Source: Patescibacteria group bacterium
Lineage (GTDB): Bacteria > Patescibacteriota > Minisyncoccia > Phycocordibacterales > UBA1550
Assembly: GCA_038057125.1 (NCBI GenBank)
Contig: JBBUDU010000006.1
Span: 1 to 43,074 of the forward strand
Direction: 5' to 3'
Length of the DNA: 43,074 bases
Below are positions 37,830 to 43,074 of this stretch, piece by piece; within the stretch, counting starts at the first letter, position 1; each line of letters starts with the position of its first letter. The notes below the pieces were generated by a model. That model searched no databases and was not told the DNA's origin. It was given only the letters and a program-made list of their open reading frames with translations. The translations under genes and the position numbers were made by a program.

Positions 37830-38732
37830 TTATTTTACTTCAGCAACAAATGCCGAAAGTGTTTGGCTTCCCATCCATTTTTTAATCATTGTTCCATTCT
37901 TATCAACCTGTACCATCGTATGCTGATAGGTAACTCCGTACTTCTTTTTGAGGTCAGCTGAGTTGTCGTAATCAACACGAAGAATTGTCAAATTCCCGGG
38001 AATATTCTTTAGGTTTGCCTTAATATCCGCTTCAAGAGCGCGGCAAGTTGGACACCAAGTTGCACTGAAATTGAGAACAACATTACCAGTTGCTGATGCT
38101 TTCGCGATTTTTTCCGGAGCATACGCCTCGTATGAACCAACTTTCATCATCGCATCTCCTGCTGTCATCATCGCATCTCCTTTCACCATAGCGTCGCCTT
38201 TCTTCTCCATCATAGCTGTGCCAAATCCAGATACTGGCAAATCACCGCAAGAAACAAAAATTTTCGCCTCATCTTTTGACTTGTGTACCATGACCAAAAG
38301 AGGCAGCTTACTGCCGATTGTCTCTAGCGACACATCAAGAACAGACTCTGCTTTACCATTTACTACAGCAGTCAATGGATAAAGAACATCTCCTGGTGCC
38401 TTACACGAACCCATGTGAATGTGGGACGGCTGTGGGATGCCAGCTACACCGCTCGCAACTTCAACCATTACTTTTGTTTTTCCACCCATATCAGTCAAAG
38501 TTGCTTTACCTGACTGCTTAGAATTGTTCAGCTCGCCCATAGCGACTACGATGCCTTTCCTCATCCCGTCGACTTTCATCATTGCATCTCCAGTCTTTTC
38601 CATCATACCAGGGGTGCCAATTCTCTTTTCCATCTCACTCACACTCTCAGGGCGGTCCTTTGACGTATAAATCATTGCTGCTATCACAACAATAGCGATA
38701 GCTACGATAATCATTCCTGTATTTTTGTTCAT
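37830..38732 (-). CDS. Membrane-anchored thioredoxin with Met-rich repeats and a CHRD/Cu-SOD-like insert
   Basis: TM; MMEK.GDAMMK repeats; PSHIHMGSC..VH..SCG; C-terminal ATWCPTC. Confidence 0.9.
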   Translation of the reverse strand: MNKNTGMIIVAIAIVVIAAMIYTSKDRPESVSEMEKRIGTPGMMEKTGDAMMKVDGMRKGIVVAMGELNNSKQSGKATLTDMGGKTKVMVEVASGVAGIPQPSHIHMGSCKAPGDVLYPLTAVVNGKAESVLDVSLETIGSKLPLLVMVHKSKDEAKIFVSCGDLPVSGFGTAMMEKKGDAMVKGDAMMTAGDAMMKVGSYEAYAPEKIAKASATGNVVLNFSATWCPTCRALEADIKANLKNIPGNLTILRVDYDNSADLKKKYGVTYQHTMVQVDKNGTMIKKWMGSQTLSAFVAEVK

Positions 38733-38773
38733 AAAAATCTGCTGTTTATTTACTTATTAATAATAATGAATAC

Positions 38774-38815
38774 AGTATATACCATGCAAAAACGAATGTA
38801 AAGCAATCTTTACAT
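38774..38815 (-). promoter_or_regulatory. Promoter with operator copy 1
   Basis: ATGTAAAG-caat-CTTTACAT (38796-38815) over TTTACA-17-TATACT. Confidence 0.8.
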
Positions 38816-38844
38816 TCGTTTTGAGAAAACTGTGGATAACTTTT

Positions 38845-38869
38845 AAAATAAAGGACCGTCCTTTATTTT
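38845..38869. repeat. Short palindrome, possible terminator or REP-like element
   Basis: AAAATAAAGGAC-c-GTCCTTTATTTT. Confidence 0.7.
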
Positions 38870-38879
38870 GTTAGCCAAA

Positions 38880-39242
38880 CTAGAGGTTTCTATCGCTCCA
38901 GACACGTGTGGCTATTTTAGCAACAATCATTACGATCAAAGTAACTACAAGCCATGCGTCCACAGACTCGTGATAGCCTTGTATCATAATCGCAAGAATA
39001 AGGGTTGCTGAACCGGCAATAAATGCATTTCGTCCCGCAAGTGTGCGATGTGCGTCATCGCGTTCATCAAACATTTCTTCCCTCAGGATAAAGCTCGCGA
39101 ATATGCCAAAGAGTACTAATGCGGCAGCTAGCATCCACAGAACCATCATGTTGGGCATATAAAAATTATATGGATTCAAAAGAAGGACTGCGATAGCGAC
39201 GAGCGCGATCGTTACTACTGTTTCTATTATATTATTTTTCAT
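38880..39242 (-). CDS. DUF2178-like membrane protein
   Basis: Four TMs with a central DERD..H...AGRNAF motif; overlaps the XRE stop. Confidence 0.8.
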   Translation of the reverse strand: MKNNIIETVVTIALVAIAVLLLNPYNFYMPNMMVLWMLAAALVLFGIFASFILREEMFDERDDAHRTLAGRNAFIAGSATLILAIMIQGYHESVDAWLVVTLIVMIVAKIATRVWSDRNL

Positions 39243-39444
39243 AGGATATTTTAAAAATTTTTTCTACTGGCACTTTAAAAAAGCTGGATATTTTTAGAGC
39301 TAGTAAAATGGACGGTGTGTAATTCCCTTTTTCCAGAGCTATGATAGTCTGGCGACTTACTTCTACCTTTTGAGCAAGGTCTTCTTGGGTAATACCCGCG
39401 CTCGCCCTAAGCTCAACAACTTTATTTTGTATGCATTCTTTCAT
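39232..39444 (-). CDS. Small XRE/Cro-family HTH transcriptional regulator
   Basis: NKVVELR..ITQEDLAQKVEVSRQTIIALEKGNYTPSILLALKI. Start placed at 39444 because the ATG at 39462 lies within the -10. Confidence 0.93.
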   Translation of the reverse strand: MKECIQNKVVELRASAGITQEDLAQKVEVSRQTIIALEKGNYTPSILLALKISSFFKVPVEKIFKISYEK

Positions 39445-39460
39445 AATTTGTACACCGCTC

Positions 39461-39502
39461 ATTATACATGATAAAAAAGTGAATGTAAAGTACCCATGAC
39501 AT
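39461..39502 (-). promoter_or_regulatory. Promoter with operator copy 2 (autoregulatory)
   Basis: ATGTAAAG-tacc-CATGACAT (39483-39502) over TTTACA-17-TATAAT. Confidence 0.78.
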
Positions 39503-39518
39503 ATTATTTTATTGTCCT

Positions 39519-40703
39519 TTATTTCTCAAGAGCCAACATACTAAATGCTCCATACCCCTCTTTTTCCATATCCTCCACTGCCACAAAACGAAGAGACGCA
39601 CTATTCATACAATACCTTTTGCCTCCTCTGTCAGCAGGGCCATCATCAAAAACATGCCCGAGATGTGAGTCTGCGATCTTACTTCGAACCTCTGTTCGAG
39701 CTGAAAACAACAGCGAGTCTTGATGAAGAGTGACATAGGATTCATCAATCGGGCGCACAAAACTCGGCCATCCAGTGCCTGAGTCATATTTGTCTTTTGA
39801 CAAAAAGAGTGGCTCTCCACTTACAATATCAACGTAAATCCCCACTGCTTTATTGGTGTCATACTCATTATCAAATGGTCTTTCTGTTCCGTCTTTTTGA
39901 GTTACATTGTATTGCAACGGCTTTAGCTTTTTCAAGCGTTCTTCCTTAAAAGTCGGAGAGAATATTTCCCAAAATGATGTTTCATTTTTAATGCTAGTAG
40001 TATCTCCGAAAATATTACTGATAGACGCACTGTCATCTGCCCAATTTGAGCGAAAGAATTCAATTCTCCCGCTTCCGTTTTTGTAAAGATTGTATCTGAT
40101 TGGATTCTTGTCCTTATAATTTTGGTGGTATTCTTCCGCGGGATAAAAATTGCTATACGGGAGTACTTTGACCGCCACTTTATTGGCAAATTTCTTGCTA
40201 TCATCTATTTTCTTTATAAGACTACCTACTACCTCTTGTTGTTCTATATTTGTATAGTAAACAGCTGGGGAATAATGATAACCCCGGTCAACAAACTGCC
40301 CACCACCGTCTGTTGGGTCAATACTCCTAAAGTAAACTTCTAAAATCTTCTCGGTGCTTACCACAGAGGAATCGTAGACAACCTCCACAGCCTCCCGAGC
40401 TTTTATTTTTTCATAAGCCACCTCCTCGTAGCTCGGTCCCTTCCCTTCTCCATATACATTTTTATAATCAGTAAATCCAGAGACAGCAGAAACTACTCCT
40501 GAAAGATGTTCATACTCTCCCTCCGTAGACCAAAAGCACCCACCAGCGAGAATGATTCTCATGTATGTTTTGTGCTGTGTATTTTGAGCAACTACCGAAA
40601 GTGGCACATTTTTTGATACTGGAGTTAACAGAACAAAGAGTACAGCGAGCGCAAGTGCAGAGACGCCTAGGACTATTAATTTATATTTTCGTATAATTTC
40701 CAT
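39519..40703 (-). CDS. msrAB: Membrane-anchored MsrA-MsrB fusion (methionine sulfoxide reductase)
   Basis: N-terminal TM; [14 protein letters not shown]; Zn-free MsrB with GTGWPSF, HLGHVF, RYCMNS. Confidence 0.93.
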   Translation of the reverse strand: MEIIRKYKLIVLGVSALALAVLFVLLTPVSKNVPLSVVAQNTQHKTYMRIILAGGCFWSTEGEYEHLSGVVSAVSGFTDYKNVYGEGKGPSYEEVAYEKIKAREAVEVVYDSSVVSTEKILEVYFRSIDPTDGGGQFVDRGYHYSPAVYYTNIEQQEVVGSLIKKIDDSKKFANKVAVKVLPYSNFYPAEEYHQNYKDKNPIRYNLYKNGSGRIEFFRSNWADDSASISNIFGDTTSIKNETSFWEIFSPTFKEERLKKLKPLQYNVTQKDGTERPFDNEYDTNKAVGIYVDIVSGEPLFLSKDKYDSGTGWPSFVRPIDESYVTLHQDSLLFSARTEVRSKIADSHLGHVFDDGPADRGGKRYCMNSASLRFVAVEDMEKEGYGAFSMLALEK

Positions 40704-40710
40704 TTCATTA

Positions 40711-40751
40711 ATTATACTCTTTAAAATGGAAATGTAAAGTACACTTTACTT
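40711..40751 (-). promoter_or_regulatory. Promoter with operator copy 3
   Basis: ATGTAAAG-taca-CTTTACTT (40732-40751) over TTTACA-16-TATAAT. Confidence 0.78.
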
Positions 40752-41141
40752 AGCATCCAGATCTAAGCACACCGAATTCATGCAATAACGCTTGCCTGTT
40801 TTTGTAGGGCCGTCATCAAACAAATGCCCTAGATGAGAACCGCATTTTGCACAGACCGCTTCAGTGCGTGTCATTCCAAGTGTTGTATCATCAATAGTAC
40901 GCACAGCACCGGGAAGAGCCGTGTCAAAACTTGGCCATCCTGTACCCGAATCAAACTTTGCATCCGATGAAAAAAGCGGATTGCCGCATGCGGCACATTT
41001 ATAGACACCATCGTCGTCGGCATGCAGAAGTTTTCCGGAAAAAGGCGCCTCGGTTCCCTTTTTGCGAAGCACGCGATACTCCTCGGGAGAAAGTTTTTCT
41101 TTCCACTCTTCTTCTGTTGTTTGGATGTTATTGTTGTTCAT
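40746..41141 (-). CDS. msrB: Cytoplasmic Zn-binding methionine-R-sulfoxide reductase
   Basis: CAAC and CAKC, GTGWPSF, HLGH, RYCMNS. Confidence 0.96.
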   Translation of the reverse strand: MNNNNIQTTEEEWKEKLSPEEYRVLRKKGTEAPFSGKLLHADDDGVYKCAACGNPLFSSDAKFDSGTGWPSFDTALPGAVRTIDDTTLGMTRTEAVCAKCGSHLGHLFDDGPTKTGKRYCMNSVCLDLDAK

Positions 41142-41685
41142 TTTGTTTTAATAGCTCCGCGAATTTCTCTTGCACTTTTTGAAGTTTCGGACTGATAATA
41201 ATCTGACAATACGAATTATTCCCATTTCGCTCAAAATAATTTTTGTGATAATCCTCTGCGGGGTAAAACACCGAAAGTGGTGCTACTTCGGTTACTATAG
41301 ACGTTCCATCAGTTGTTGAATTATCGAGCTCTTTAATAAACTCTTCTGCCTCCATTTTCTGGGCAGGTATCGTATAAAAAATAACGGAGCGATACTGTGT
41401 TCCTACATCATTCCCCTGCCTATTTAGTGTGGTCGCATCGTGCGATGCAAAAAAGACAGTAAGGAGTGTCTCGAACGAAACGAGTATTGGGTCATACTCA
41501 ATGCGAATCACCTCCGCGTGTCCTGTGTTGCCGGCAGACACTTGCTCGTAAGTTGGGTCTACCACGCTTCCGCCGGCATACCCTGGTGCCACCGACAAAA
41601 CACCGCGAAACATTTTGAACACCGCTTCCGTGCACCAAAAACACCCGCCACCAACCACCGCTATTTCTGTTTTTAAAGAGTTCAT
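41128..41685 (-). CDS. msrA: Cytoplasmic methionine-S-sulfoxide reductase
   Basis: GGCFWC, PTYEQV, TGHAE, FYPAEDYH, SYC. Confidence 0.96.
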   Translation of the reverse strand: MNSLKTEIAVVGGGCFWCTEAVFKMFRGVLSVAPGYAGGSVVDPTYEQVSAGNTGHAEVIRIEYDPILVSFETLLTVFFASHDATTLNRQGNDVGTQYRSVIFYTIPAQKMEAEEFIKELDNSTTDGTSIVTEVAPLSVFYPAEDYHKNYFERNGNNSYCQIIISPKLQKVQEKFAELLKQNEQQ

Positions 41686-41770
41686 ATTGACTAGTTTTTA
41701 ATTATACTCCTAAATTAAAAATAAAGATCCTATTTGCATCGCCACATTATAACAAAACAAAGAAGTCTGA

Positions 41771-42346
41771 CTACTGTACCAATTCTTTTTTATTATTCAC
41801 CGATGAAACAATGAAGCATGGGAAAAAGTTCCTAGGCTCAAAAATTATTTCTACTTGACCAAAAAACTTACGCATCGGTTTTGTCATAATCAACGAGTAC
41901 TGATGAAAAATTATGAACATACCGTTTGGCGCAAGATTTTTTTGAATTAAATGTGATATTTTTTCTCTTTCAATCTCAGATAGATATGAAAATGGAATAC
42001 TGGAAACAACGAGGTCAACTTTGTTAAAACCATATGTTTCTATGTTTTTTGATACATCCTCTATTGTCCCTTCCACTACTTGGAGTCGCGAATCATTAAT
42101 TTTTCTAAGTATTTTCAAGAAGTCCGGATTCGTATCTACTGCAAGAAATTTTCCTTTTGGCGATAAGCGCTTCAAGAGTTCGAGAGTCACAACACCGTCA
42201 CCTGGTCCGTACTCGACTATCTGATTTAGTGTACGATCCGAAATAAGACCCAGGACGGCTTTTACCACATAGCGTGAGCTTCTCGCAACAGCGCCAACAC
42301 TGGGGTTAGATAATGCAACTTTAAGAAAATTAAAAACGTCTTGCAT
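41771..42346 (-). CDS. Class I SAM methyltransferase (PmtA-like phospholipid N-methyltransferase type)
   Basis: P..VGAVARSS, VEYGPGDGVVT, VVSSIPF, FHQY. Confidence 0.85.
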   Translation of the reverse strand: MQDVFNFLKVALSNPSVGAVARSSRYVVKAVLGLISDRTLNQIVEYGPGDGVVTLELLKRLSPKGKFLAVDTNPDFLKILRKINDSRLQVVEGTIEDVSKNIETYGFNKVDLVVSSIPFSYLSEIEREKISHLIQKNLAPNGMFIIFHQYSLIMTKPMRKFFGQVEIIFEPRNFFPCFIVSSVNNKKELVQ

Positions 42347-42360
42347 CGGTTGTTTTTCTA

Positions 42361-42948
42361 TTAAAAACTGGTCACATTCTTGGTAATAAATAGTAGCAAA
42401 TCCTTGCCAAAAAATATATAGACTGCGGTGGTTACGCCTTCACCTATAAACACCCCTAGGAGGAGCTTTTTTACATTTACGCGGAGCGTTCCGCTAACAT
42501 AACATACTAGGTCAGTCGGCACAAATGGAAAGAAACTCCAGCCAATAACGATTGGAAGTTCATTTTTCTTTAGGACAGCAGTGAGTTTGGTGATTGACTC
42601 TGAGTGTTTTTTCCTGAAATAATCAGCCAAACCTAAATATTCAGAGAAATAATAAACAAAAGTCGAGGAAATTATAATTCCCGCCATGGTTAAAATATAT
42701 GCGGTCCAAGGCGGTAAGAAAACCACGCCAATAATGATAAGAAAAGTTACAGGAACAAGTGTTATTCCACGCAAACAGCCCAAAAGGAGGTAGGCGGCAC
42801 CTAGCCAGAGAAGTGGCAGGTCAGCGGTTTTTGCTACCTCTGCCAAAAGAATATCTTTTTTAAAAAAATACAAAGACAGTGCGATGATTACCAAGCCCAT
42901 CCAAGCTATCATTACCACAATTCTAGTCTTTTTATCAGAAAACCTCAT
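42361..42948 (-). CDS. DedA/VTT (TVP38/TMEM64) membrane protein
   Basis: Multiple TMs, FFPFVPTDLVCY..G motif. Start placed at MRFSDKK. Confidence 0.85.
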   Translation of the reverse strand: MRFSDKKTRIVVMIAWMGLVIIALSLYFFKKDILLAEVAKTADLPLLWLGAAYLLLGCLRGITLVPVTFLIIIGVVFLPPWTAYILTMAGIIISSTFVYYFSEYLGLADYFRKKHSESITKLTAVLKKNELPIVIGWSFFPFVPTDLVCYVSGTLRVNVKKLLLGVFIGEGVTTAVYIFFGKDLLLFITKNVTSF

Positions 42949-43001
42949 TGCATCAATTCTAACATAGAAAATTACCGCATATCGAACCTCTTTATTTAAT
43001 T

Positions 43002-43073
43002 TCACAAAAAACGAATTCTGAAACTTGGCTGTGTCTCCTGAACAAAATCCGAACTTTTTTCCAAAACAATCCG
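43002..43073 (-). CDS. Possible C-terminus of a gene beyond the window end
   Basis: Open frame RIVLEKSSDFVQETQPSFRIRFL* ending at TGA 43002-43004. Confidence 0.3.
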   Translation of the reverse strand, partial: RIVLEKSSDFVQETQPSFRIRFL

Positions 43074-43074
43074 A

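Noticed and set aside
38831-38839. Perfect DnaA box (TGTGGATAA) as oriC
   Set aside because: It is a single box in a short spacer, with no box cluster, unwinding element or dnaA.

Overview
This 43-kb window looks like the chromosome of a small-genome Patescibacteria/CPR (Parcubacteria-like) bacterium. That assignment is an inference from gene style, A/T-rich ribosome-binding regions without SD, a short 4-domain S1 and the DUF5667 anti-sigma; TGA is used as a stop codon. Most genes are on the minus strand. Housekeeping genes: partial gyrA, rpsA, DEAD-box helicase, ABC-F ATPase, SDR, class Ia nrdAB and a PIF1-type helicase. An oxygen/copper/thiol-redox block comprises a multicopper oxidase, Cu P1B-ATPase and DUF302, a complete cyoABCDE cytochrome bo3 operon, CcdA with two membrane-anchored thioredoxins, an exported MsrAB and cytoplasmic msrA/msrB. 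The strongest unexplained signals: (i) a palindromic operator ATGTAAAG-N4-CTTTACAT occurs three times, each over a -35 hexamer, suggesting an XRE/DUF2178-controlled regulon for extracytoplasmic methionine-sulfoxide repair that includes a Met-rich, SOD/CHRD-like thioredoxin fusion; (ii) an ECF-type promoter TGTAAGA-N15-CGTCT is shared by the ECF sigma gene and a secreted FN3 protein gene 18 kb away; (iii) an outer-membrane beta-barrel-like gene lies in a cassette of SD-led secreted proteins; (iv) long structured leaders precede the DEAD-box helicase, ABC-F and rpsA genes; (v) a self-contained 26-codon sORF transcription unit; (vi) several long perfect palindromes. No rRNA, tRNA, CRISPR array or transposase was recognised. 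All family names come from motif recognition, not database searches.
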